64,000 nt of DNA, taken from assembly GCF_036643715.1 (NCBI RefSeq), contig NZ_JAVXRL010000008.1, forward strand, positions 2,722 through 66,721. Reading direction: 5' to 3'. Origin of the DNA: Clostridium sp. GTDB lineage: Bacteria; Bacillota; Clostridia; Clostridiales; Clostridiaceae. Positions 52,582 through 61,474 of the stretch are shown here, piece by piece. Numbering within the stretch: position 1 is the first letter of the stretch; each line of letters begins with the position of its first letter. The notes below the pieces were generated by a model. That model worked only from the letters and a program-made list of their open reading frames with translations, had not been told where the DNA came from and made no database searches. The translations under genes were made by a program, and so were the position numbers.

Positions 52582-52687
52582 ATCTAAGAACATTTATTGT
52601 AACTATCTATTCTTATGCATTGACATAGAGCTATCAAAATAAATGACCTAGACAATATGTCTATGGCGAAATTTGGAGGTAACTTTT

Positions 52688-55213
52688 ATGGCACAAGAAA
52701 AAAATGATATTATGAAAGGTTTAACAAATGATGAGGCTAAGGCAATTCAGGAAAAGGTAGGCAAAAATCAATTAATTCCTGAGAAAAAAGAAAGCTTTTT
52801 TATGAAGATTATCGAAGTAATTAAAGAGCCGATGTTCTTGCTTCTTATGGTTGCAGCTATAATATACTTCGTATTAGGCGAACCTAAAGATGGATTAATT
52901 ATGCTAGTATTCGTAGTTGGAGTAATTAGTATTGAAGTAATTCAAGAATGGAAGACAGATAAGACATTAAAAGCACTTAAAAATCTGTCTGCACCTCATA
53001 TAGAGGTTATTAGAGACTTTGAGAAATTAGTAATAAATAGTGAAGATTTAGTCCCTGGTGATTTAATGATTGTAACAGAAGGAGTGAAAATTCCAGCTGA
53101 TGGAGAAGTAATTGATTCAAGTGACCTTTGTATAGATGAATCTTCTTTAACAGGAGAAGCTGAAGGAGTATGGAAATATAATAGTAACGTAGAATATGAT
53201 AGTTCTAATGATTATTTTAGACGGGATTACTGTTATGCAGGTACTTTAGCAATCCAAGGAAGTGGAGTAATTTTAGTTAAGAAAATAGGATCTAGTACTG
53301 AATACGGTAAAATCGGTAAAGATATTTCTGAGACAGTAGAAAGTAGTACGCCACTTCAAAGACAGACAGGTAAACTTGTTAAAGTATGTGCAGGAATTGC
53401 TGGAGTATTTTTTGCATTAGTTAGTTCTATAACTTACTTAAATTTAGATACTCTTATTTTAAAAGATAGGATAATTCAAAGTATACTATCAGGAGTAACT
53501 CTTGCAATGGCTATGATACCTGAGGAGTTTCCAGTAGTATTAACTGTATTCTTATCAATGGGGGCATGGAGACTTGCTAAGAAAAATTCTCTTGTTAGAA
53601 AATTACCATCTGTTGAAACTTTAGGTGCAATATCTGTTTTATGTGTAGATAAGACGGGCACTATAACAATGAATCAAATGACTTTAAGTAATACTTGGTC
53701 TAAAGAGAATGATAATAAAAGATTATTAGAAGTTATGGGAATGGCATGTGAGACAGAAGCTTATGACCCTATGGAAAAAGCAATGATTAAGTATTGCGAG
53801 GAAAATGGAATATCAAAAGATTCATTGTTTAATGGTGAGTTAATAACAGAATATTCATTTACAAATGAAAGTAAGATGATGGGACATGTATGGAAAAGAG
53901 ATGAAGGGATAGTAGTTGCATCAAAAGGATCTCCAGAGAAAATTCTAAGTATATGTAACGTTAATGAAATAGAAAGAAAAGAAATTGAAAATAAAATATT
54001 TGAAATGTCAACAAAAGGTCTTAGAGTTATTGGTGTAGGTGAGATGAAAGTAAAAGATGAAGAAGAAATTAAAGATACTCTTGAAGAATGTGATTTAAAG
54101 TTTCTTGGACTAGTTGGACTTTTAGATCCACCAAGGGATGGCATAAAAGAAGATATAGAAGAATGCAACAAAGCATCTATAAGAGTTGTAATGATAACAG
54201 GGGATAATGGTATTACAGCAAGTTCGATAGCCAAAAAGGTTGGTATTAGTCATAGTGATGAAATAATTACTGGTGATGAATTAAATAAAATGAGTGATGA
54301 AGAACTTAGGGAGAAAGTTAAGCATGTAAGTATTTTTTCAAGGGTTATTCCAGAGCATAAAATGCGTATAGTTAAAGCATTTAAAGATAATGGAGAAATA
54401 GTTGGAATGACTGGAGATGGAGTAAATGATGCACCCGCATTAAAGTATGCAGATATTGGGATAGCAATGGGTAAGAGAGGATCAGAAGTTTCAAGAGAAG
54501 CTGCGGATTTAATTCTTTTAGATGATAATTTTAGTACTATAGTTGATACTGTTAAAGATGGAAGGCGAATATACGATAATATTAGAAAAGCTGTTGGATA
54601 TATTTTTACAATACACATACCTATAGCATTTTCTGCATTACTTGCACCAATATTAGGTATAGGTTCTTCACTTCTTTTGCTGTTGCCAGTTCATGTTGTA
54701 CTTCTAGAATTAATAATAGATCCTACTTGTTCTATAGTTTTAGAGAGGCAACCAGCAGAAGAAGATATAATGAAACGTAAGCCTAGAGATCCAAATGAAA
54801 GTATATTAACAAAATGGGTTCTCATAAAGAGTATAATACAAGGGCTTGCAATATTTGCTGCATCCTTTGGAACTTATTATATTTATTTGAATAATGGTTA
54901 TGGAGATGCTAATATAGCAAGAACTATGGGACTTTCTATAATTATAATTTCTAATATACTATTAGTTCAAGTAAATAGTTCAAATAGTGAATTTGCATAT
55001 AAATCCTTAAAAAACTTAGTTAAAGATAAAGTAATGTGGTTTGTTAATGGGGGAGCTATAGCTGGACTTCTAATTATAATGTATACACCTATAGCTAATT
55101 TCTTAAAACTTGCACCACTTGGATTTAAAGAATTACTAATAGTAATCGGAGCAGCATTTGTAGCTGTTATGTGGTATGAATTAGTAAAATTTTTTAAAAA
55201 GATAAATAGATAG
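52688..55213 (+). CDS. Cation-translocating P-type ATPase, P2-like topology with atypical PEEFP motif
   Basis: ATG 52688 with RBS ggagg. 'TGE', 'DKTGT', 'TGDN', 'GDGVNDAP'. No N-terminal metal-binding domain and no CPx motif. Confidence 0.92.
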   Translation: MAQEKNDIMKGLTNDEAKAIQEKVGKNQLIPEKKESFFMKIIEVIKEPMFLLLMVAAIIYFVLGEPKDGLIMLVFVVGVISIEVIQEWKTDKTLKALKNLSAPHIEVIRDFEKLVINSEDLVPGDLMIVTEGVKIPADGEVIDSSDLCIDESSLTGEAEGVWKYNSNVEYDSSNDYFRRDYCYAGTLAIQGSGVILVKKIGSSTEYGKIGKDISETVESSTPLQRQTGKLVKVCAGIAGVFFALVSSITYLNLDTLILKDRIIQSILSGVTLAMAMIPEEFPVVLTVFLSMGAWRLAKKNSLVRKLPSVETLGAISVLCVDKTGTITMNQMTLSNTWSKENDNKRLLEVMGMACETEAYDPMEKAMIKYCEENGISKDSLFNGELITEYSFTNESKMMGHVWKRDEGIVVASKGSPEKILSICNVNEIERKEIENKIFEMSTKGLRVIGVGEMKVKDEEEIKDTLEECDLKFLGLVGLLDPPRDGIKEDIEECNKASIRVVMITGDNGITASSIAKKVGISHSDEIITGDELNKMSDEELREKVKHVSIFSRVIPEHKMRIVKAFKDNGEIVGMTGDGVNDAPALKYADIGIAMGKRGSEVSREAADLILLDDNFSTIVDTVKDGRRIYDNIRKAVGYIFTIHIPIAFSALLAPILGIGSSLLLLLPVHVVLLELIIDPTCSIVLERQPAEEDIMKRKPRDPNESILTKWVLIKSIIQGLAIFAASFGTYYIYLNNGYGDANIARTMGLSIIIISNILLVQVNSSNSEFAYKSLKNLVKDKVMWFVNGGAIAGLLIIMYTPIANFLKLAPLGFKELLIVIGAAFVAVMWYELVKFFKKINR

Positions 55214-55229
55214 TATTTAAATAAGATGA

Positions 55230-55263
55230 AAATAGATAGCCTGTAATCGGGCTATCTATTTTT
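55230..55263 (+). terminator. Intrinsic terminator after the P-type ATPase
   Basis: aaatagatagcc / ggctatctattt plus T-run. Confidence 0.75.
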
Positions 55264-55352
55264 GTGTATTAAAGGAATAGGAAGGTTGCATAATAAATTA
55301 AAATGATATATAAATTAATAAACTATATTAATGGAAATGGGAGGTAGAAATT

Positions 55353-55880
55353 ATGGATTTTATAAGGCTAAAAAATATTGATAATTCAGATTGGAAAAAG
55401 GTATTTGAAATATATAAAGAAAGTTTTCCAAAGTATGAGTTAAGAAATATAGAAGACCATGAAGAAGCTATGAAAGATGATAAATTCTTCTGTGTATATG
55501 TAAAAGATGAAGATAAGTTAGTTGGAATTATATTTTACTGGGAATGGGAACACTTTAGATATATTGAACATTTTGCAGTAAATTCAAAATTAAGAGGTGG
55601 ACGTTATGGTTCAAGAATAATAGAGAAGTTATGCAAAGACGATAAGACGACAATTCTTGAAATTGACCCTATAGTTGATGAAATATCAGAACGTAGATTA
55701 GTATTTTATGAAAGATTAGGGTTTGTAATGAATAAGTTCACTCATCTACATCCTCCATACAAAAAAGATGATAAAGGTCATGAGCTAAAGGTTTTAAGTT
55801 ATAAGAGAACTATAAATGATAAGGAATTTGAAAATTTTGAGACATTTTTAGAAAATCATATAATGAAATATTCTGAATAA
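55353..55880 (+). CDS. GNAT N-acetyltransferase
   Basis: 'YIEHFAV', 'RGGRYGS', 'RRLVFYERLGF', 'HPPY'. Confidence 0.82.
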   Translation: MDFIRLKNIDNSDWKKVFEIYKESFPKYELRNIEDHEEAMKDDKFFCVYVKDEDKLVGIIFYWEWEHFRYIEHFAVNSKLRGGRYGSRIIEKLCKDDKTTILEIDPIVDEISERRLVFYERLGFVMNKFTHLHPPYKKDDKGHELKVLSYKRTINDKEFENFETFLENHIMKYSE

Positions 55881-55956
55881 ATAAATTGAATAAAACTACA
55901 CTTAATTTGGAAAAGTAAAATAGTGCAAAGTTTGAAGCATAACTTAAGAAGGGAGC

Positions 55957-57579
55957 ATGGTATATATGTCAGTAGAAAAAATAAGATTTTTAGCTGAAAA
56001 AAATATAACAGGGATACCTAATGTTATTTGTATAAAAGGAAGAGGTTTAGAAAAAATAGCAAAAAAGTATGAAGAGATATGCTCGAAACTATCTATTAAT
56101 GGAAAGATATTAAAATTAGAAAAAGATAATATTTATTTAAGTTATGAAAGAGAATGTATTGCTTCAAAAATTATTGAAGGAATAATAAATAAGGATGAAG
56201 ATCTCTTTAAAAAACTAATGGATATTTTAAATAATGATTGGAAAAATGAAATAATAAGAAAATTAAGAGAGAATAACATCCAAGAAGTAGAGCTTCAAGA
56301 TGATTCTCTTTTAATTGGTTATGGAGAGAATTCTATAATATTGACAAAAGATAATTATAAAAATATAAATATTGAAAAAATAATTAAAAATAAGGTGAGT
56401 ATACCTATAATTGCAGTAACTGGAACAAATGGTAAAACATCAACAACAAGATTAATACATAACACGTTATTAAAGCTTAATTATAAAAGTGGAATGTCAT
56501 CAACAGGTGGAATAATTATTGGTGATGAAACCATAAGGACTGGGGATACAACTGGGTATTATAGCGCTATTGAAGTTTTAAAGAGAAGAGATATAAATGT
56601 AGCTGTTCTTGAAACTGCTAGAGGTGGAATGATTAAGAAAGGATTAGGATTTAAAAATGCAAATGCATGTATTATAACAACTTTATCAGAAGATCATATG
56701 GGCATGGAAGGTATTAATACTTTACATGAATTAGGTAAGGTAAAGGCGTTAATTAAAGAAGGACTCAAAGAAGATGGTGTAATGGTAGTTAGAGCTACTA
56801 CTGAAATAGTGAATTTATTTAGTGAGAAAGATAGATTAATATTATTTGATAACTTTAAAAGTGATCTTATATTAAAGCATATAGAAAATGGTGGAGAAGC
56901 ATTTTATACAAAGGATGGATTTATAATACATAATAGTAGCTTCAAAGAGAATAAGATTGTTTCTTTAAGAGAATTAGAATTTACTCATAATGGAGCATCA
57001 AAAAGTAACGTTAGAAATGTAATGGCAGCAATAGCATCAATTTCCACAGTTCATAATAATATTGATGAAATAGTAAATGCACTTAAGAAAGTAAAATGTG
57101 ATATTAGTAAAAATAAAGGAAGACAAAACATATTTAATATAAAAGATTTTAAATTAATAATTGATTATGGTCATAATAGTGAAGCTTTTTATGAAGTGTT
57201 TGATATAGCAAAATCTTTAAATCCTAAAATAATAACAGGACTAATAACTGCACCAGGGGATAGAACAGATAGACATATAATAGAACTTGGAGAAATAGCA
57301 GCAGCTTATTGCGATAAAGTTATAGTAAAAGAGCAAGAAGACAAAAGAGGAAGACAGAAGGGTGAAACTGCAAAGCTTTTATATGAAGGACTTATAAGGA
57401 AGGGATTTAAAGAGGAAAATATAACTGTATTACTTGAAGAGCAGGATGCAATACGTAAAGCTTTAGATGATGGAACTTGCGGAGAAATTATAGTATCATT
57501 TAGTCAGTTTTTACATTTAACTATACCTGCAATAAATGAATTTTTAAGAAAAAATAATTTAAATAAAATAGAAATTTAA
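55957..57579 (+). CDS. Cyanophycin synthetase (CphA)-like protein with Mur-ligase domain but no ATP-grasp domain
   Basis: 'IPIIAVTGTNGKT', 'GDTTG', 'VAVLETARGG', 'EDHMG', 'IDYGHN', 'PGDR', 'KRGRQKGE'. Only 540 aa. Confidence 0.8.
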   Translation: MVYMSVEKIRFLAEKNITGIPNVICIKGRGLEKIAKKYEEICSKLSINGKILKLEKDNIYLSYERECIASKIIEGIINKDEDLFKKLMDILNNDWKNEIIRKLRENNIQEVELQDDSLLIGYGENSIILTKDNYKNINIEKIIKNKVSIPIIAVTGTNGKTSTTRLIHNTLLKLNYKSGMSSTGGIIIGDETIRTGDTTGYYSAIEVLKRRDINVAVLETARGGMIKKGLGFKNANACIITTLSEDHMGMEGINTLHELGKVKALIKEGLKEDGVMVVRATTEIVNLFSEKDRLILFDNFKSDLILKHIENGGEAFYTKDGFIIHNSSFKENKIVSLRELEFTHNGASKSNVRNVMAAIASISTVHNNIDEIVNALKKVKCDISKNKGRQNIFNIKDFKLIIDYGHNSEAFYEVFDIAKSLNPKIITGLITAPGDRTDRHIIELGEIAAAYCDKVIVKEQEDKRGRQKGETAKLLYEGLIRKGFKEENITVLLEEQDAIRKALDDGTCGEIIVSFSQFLHLTIPAINEFLRKNNLNKIEI

Positions 57580-57609
57580 AGTATATATATAAAATAACGG
57601 TACTATAAT

Positions 57610-57654
57610 AAATAAGATGTGGGCTATTGTAATTCAATAGCCCATATCTTATTT
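57610..57654. terminator. Bidirectional terminator
   Basis: aaataagatgtgggctattg / caatagcccatatcttattt between convergent genes. Confidence 0.75.
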
Positions 57655-58159
57655 AAGGTACTATGTGAACTTCATATCCGAAATCTCTTAATGTATCTTT
57701 TATTAAATTCAGGTTTTTATTTGATATGGATATTCTATATTTTTTTGAATTATCACTTGTATGTAAGACTATTCTGGATGAAATATAAGATGGATTTTCG
57801 ATTAATATGTAATCTGAATTTTTAGTTGGCACTGTAATACTTAAGGTTGATATATATGAATCATTTATTAATATTACAGAATCAGATGTGTTTGGTAAAA
57901 GTAATAGTATAGGGAAAAGTGCAAAGTAGGGCTCATCAAATATAACAAAAATGAACATACAAATTAAAGTTGTTATAGATATAGTTAAATATTTCTTTAA
58001 TAAAGTTGATTTTAAATTTAGACTTTTATTTTTATATAATGAAAGCACTTTTGTATTTGAACTTTTAAAAATATTGTATACACGAATATATTTATAAGTT
58101 GTAACTATAATAACGGTAGTTAGAATTATTGAAAAAAATAAAGTAGTCAAAGAAAACAT
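57653..58159 (-). CDS. Hypothetical membrane protein
   Basis: Three hydrophobic segments and a soluble C-terminal region. RBS agagg upstream. Confidence 0.6.
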   Translation of the reverse strand: MFSLTTLFFSIILTTVIIVTTYKYIRVYNIFKSSNTKVLSLYKNKSLNLKSTLLKKYLTISITTLICMFIFVIFDEPYFALFPILLLLPNTSDSVILINDSYISTLSITVPTKNSDYILIENPSYISSRIVLHTSDNSKKYRISISNKNLNLIKDTLRDFGYEVHIVP

Positions 58160-58302
58160 CCTCTCTTAAAATGAAATTAATTACAGTTTAACATAATAAT
58201 GTTTAATAACTTATTAACAATAAATGTACATTATTAAATTAAAGTAAAGTGTGTTAGTAACTGATTAATATTTTTTTGATATAATAATTAAGAGGTGATT
58301 TT

Positions 58303-58923
58303 ATGGAGATATATACAATAGGGCATTCAAATTATTCACTTGATAGATTAATCCATATGTTAAAACATTTTAATATAAATTGTGTAGTAGATGCTAGAAA
58401 AACTCCATATTCAAAGTATAACGTACAATTTGATAAAGAGAGATTAATGGAAAGCTTAAAAAAAGCTGGATTTATATATATTTATATGGGTAATGAACTT
58501 GCGGCAAAGAGAAATGATAAATCTACTTATAATGAAGAAGGATATTCAGATTTTGAAAAAGTAATTAAAGAAGAATGTTATATAAATGCTGTAAATAGAC
58601 TAAAGGATGGATGTAATAAAGGGTTTAAAATAGCGGTTTTAGGTGCTGTACAAGATCCAATAAGATGTCAAAGAGGTATTTTAATTGGGCGAACTTTAAG
58701 AAGGGATGGGGTAGAAGTAAAGCATATACTTGATGACTACTCAATACAAAGTCAAGAGCAATTAGAAGAAGAACTATTAGATAAATACTTTGAGGATAGG
58801 AGCCAGATTACAATTGATTCTTTACTTGGAGAAGGAATGTCAGAAAAGGATATGATAGAAGAAGGATATAGATTAGCAAATAGAGAGATAGGATATAGAG
58901 TAGAAAATATAAAAAAAGGATAA
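58303..58923 (+). CDS. DUF488-family protein
   Basis: 'IYTIGHSN', 'VDARKTPYSK', 'YIYMGNELAA'. Confidence 0.82.
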   Translation: MEIYTIGHSNYSLDRLIHMLKHFNINCVVDARKTPYSKYNVQFDKERLMESLKKAGFIYIYMGNELAAKRNDKSTYNEEGYSDFEKVIKEECYINAVNRLKDGCNKGFKIAVLGAVQDPIRCQRGILIGRTLRRDGVEVKHILDDYSIQSQEQLEEELLDKYFEDRSQITIDSLLGEGMSEKDMIEEGYRLANREIGYRVENIKKG

Positions 58924-58960
58924 AAATAGTCACCACCTAAATTAGGTGATGACTTAAATT

Positions 58961-59479
58961 TTATGCTTTTTGTGCTGCTACTATTGGAACGAATACTCTT
59001 TTAGCGAGTTCATCATCCATCATGTAAAGAGCAGCAGGATTTCCTTCTGATCTTCTAACTCTCTTTAAAAGAGAATTGAAATTATTTTCTTCTTCAACTT
59101 GTTCATCAATGAACCAGTTAAGTAAGCTCATAGTCGCGTGCTCTCTTTCTTCAGAGGCGATATCAGCAAGTTTATAAATCTTGCTTGTAACTAATTGCTC
59201 GTGTTCGTATCCTTTTTGGAATACATCAATTATGCTTTCGTATTTATGATTTGGCTTTGGAACTTCTTCAAGTTCAACAAGTCCATTCTTTTGGAATATG
59301 TAATCATAAAATTTCATAGCATGTGCTAGTTCTTCTTGAGCTTGAACTCTAAAGAAATTAGCAAACCCACTTAAATCAACTGATTCAGCATATGATGCCA
59401 TAGCTAAATAAGTATATGATGAATAAAATTCAAAGTTAACTTGGTCATTTAGACTCTTTAGTAAATTTTCACTTAACAT
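58961..59479 (-). CDS. ftnA: Non-heme ferritin
   Basis: 'QVNFEFYSSYTYLAM', 'QAQEELAHAMK', 'WFIDEQVEEE' ferroxidase residues. Confidence 0.93.
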   Translation of the reverse strand: MLSENLLKSLNDQVNFEFYSSYTYLAMASYAESVDLSGFANFFRVQAQEELAHAMKFYDYIFQKNGLVELEEVPKPNHKYESIIDVFQKGYEHEQLVTSKIYKLADIASEEREHATMSLLNWFIDEQVEEENNFNSLLKRVRRSEGNPAALYMMDDELAKRVFVPIVAAQKA

Positions 59480-59511
59480 TTAACCATCTCCTCAATTTCT
59501 TTTACAATATT

Positions 59512-59540
59512 AGTTTACAACTAATGGAGGATTTTATCAA
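59512..59540 (-). promoter_or_regulatory. SigmaA-like ferritin promoter overlapping the end of the upstream gene
   Basis: Minus strand TTGATA (59540-35), 17 nt, TAAACT (59517-12). Confidence 0.5.
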
Positions 59541-60114
59541 ACTTCAAAAAAATTAAGATGTCAAAGTGAAATTGATTATTTAATATTAAGTAAATGTTAT
59601 AAACAATTAACAAGAATGTAATTCCCTTTAGAAAGTTATAAAATATTTTTTCTCCTTTAGAGCCTGTCTTAATAAAGAAAATCTTTATATTAGTTTTTAG
59701 AGGAAAAAATAGCTCAATGCCTTCTTTTGTAAGTAAGTCTAAAAGAAGGTGTGATGTATATCCAAATAAAAATCCGTAACTTATTGTAATAACAACTATA
59801 TTAAATGAACTTATTGAGATTAATACTTTAAATAACAAAAATAAAGTAAATAAAAATATTAAGCTATGAGTGATTCCTCTATGTCTTAAGCGTTTCCCAA
59901 AATGTTTAGCAATAAATGGATGTCTCTTACTTATAAAAGAACTCTTCATATCAATATCAGGAAAAAGAGAGCCTAAGTTTGCTGAATAAAAATATATTAT
60001 TATTAAAAATATTTTATAGTATAAATCATAATTACTTATGTATTTTGCAGTGAAAGAATTTAAAGCTAGAAGAGCAATAAAAAATCCTCCTGATGTATGT
60101 GTTTCTTTTGTCAT
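59521..60114 (-). CDS. YdjM/DUF457-type membrane metal-dependent hydrolase
   Basis: ATG 60114 with RBS aaggag. 'ETH', 'LFPDID', 'HRGITHSL', 'SHLLLDLLT', 'GIELFFP'. Confidence 0.85.
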   Translation of the reverse strand: MTKETHTSGGFFIALLALNSFTAKYISNYDLYYKIFLIIIYFYSANLGSLFPDIDMKSSFISKRHPFIAKHFGKRLRHRGITHSLIFLFTLFLLFKVLISISSFNIVVITISYGFLFGYTSHLLLDLLTKEGIELFFPLKTNIKIFFIKTGSKGEKIFYNFLKGITFLLIVYNIYLILNNQFHFDILIFLKFDKILH

Positions 60115-60297
60115 TAGTTGCTCCTTAAATAAAAAAATTGTTAAGTACATTATATATGAATAAGTAAATAAATACATAGTTTTTTATCCTTTAAAACCAC
60201 TATATTACAAAAATGATATGAGTGTGGTTCTTTATTTTAATAATAAAAGCTCTATAATAGTATTATAGAAGTTTTATAATAACTAGAGGTGGAAAAA

Positions 60298-61458
60298 ATG
60301 GAAAAGAATTTAAGAGCTGTATGGGCAGAGATAGATTTAAACAAATTAGAAAATAATATGAGAAGAATAAAAGAACTTGCAGGTGATAAAGAAGTTGTTG
60401 CTGTAGTTAAAGCTGATGCGTATGGTCATGGGGCAGTAAATGTAGCACCGGTATTTTTAAAAAGTGGAGCATCAAAGCTTGCAGTAGCAGTAATTGCAGA
60501 AGCTATGGAACTTAGAAATGCAGGTATTAAAGCACCAATAATGATATTAGGATATACTCCATTAGATCTTTATGATGAACTAATTAATAATGATATAGAA
60601 CAAACAGTATACGATTTAGAGTATGCAAAAAAGCTATCAGAAAGAGCATTAAAGATAGATAAAAAAGCTAAAATTCACATTGCAGTAGATACAGGTATGG
60701 GTAGAATAGGATTTATGCCAAATGAAACAAGTGTTAAAGAAGTAATTGCAATTTGTAACTTAGAAGGATTAGAAGTATGTGGTTTATTTACTCACTTCTC
60801 AACAGCAGATGAGGAGGATAAGACTTATACAGAAGAACAATTTAAAAAGTTAAAAGACTTTGATGAAAGTTTAAAAGAGAATGGGATAAATATTAGCTTT
60901 AAACATGCATCTAATAGTGGTGCTATTATAGATCTTCCTGATACTTATTTAGATGGAGTTAGAGCAGGAATAATATTATACGGATATTACCCATCAAATG
61001 AAGTAGATAAAAATAGGTTAGAGTTAGAACCGGCATTTACACTAAAGACAACAGTTGCACATGTTAAGACATTAGAAAAGGACATGTATGTTAGTTACGG
61101 AAGAACATTTAAAACAGAGAGAAAGAGTATAATTGCAACATTACCTATTGGTTATGCAGATGGATATTTAAGACTTTTAAGTGGAAAAGTAAAAGTAATC
61201 ATAAATGGAAAGTTTGCAGAAGTAGTAGGAAGAATATGTATGGATCAGTGCATGATAGATGTAACAGATATTGAAGGCGTTAAGGTAGGAGATGAGGTTA
61301 TACTTCTTGGAGAAGAGGGTAACTTAAAATTTAATGCAGATGATATTGCAGAAGCTATTGGAACAATTAATTATGAGGTATTATGTATGATAAGACATAG
61401 AGTACCAAGAATATATATACGAGATAATGAAGTTTGTGATGTAAGAAATTATCTTTAG
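60298..61458 (+). CDS. alr: Alanine racemase
   Basis: PLP lysine '[11 protein letters not shown]', 'DTGMGRIG', 'SNSG', 'VSYG', 'GRICMDQ', 'TINYE'. Confidence 0.96.
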   Translation: MEKNLRAVWAEIDLNKLENNMRRIKELAGDKEVVAVVKADAYGHGAVNVAPVFLKSGASKLAVAVIAEAMELRNAGIKAPIMILGYTPLDLYDELINNDIEQTVYDLEYAKKLSERALKIDKKAKIHIAVDTGMGRIGFMPNETSVKEVIAICNLEGLEVCGLFTHFSTADEEDKTYTEEQFKKLKDFDESLKENGINISFKHASNSGAIIDLPDTYLDGVRAGIILYGYYPSNEVDKNRLELEPAFTLKTTVAHVKTLEKDMYVSYGRTFKTERKSIIATLPIGYADGYLRLLSGKVKVIINGKFAEVVGRICMDQCMIDVTDIEGVKVGDEVILLGEEGNLKFNADDIAEAIGTINYEVLCMIRHRVPRIYIRDNEVCDVRNYL

Positions 61459-61474
61459 AAATTGAGGTGAGTGT

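Noticed and set aside
52441-52680. M-box (Mg2+) or yybP-ykoY (Mn2+) riboswitch, expected before P2-type ATPases
   Set aside because: Neither consensus is present. The sequence fits the NiCo four-way junction.
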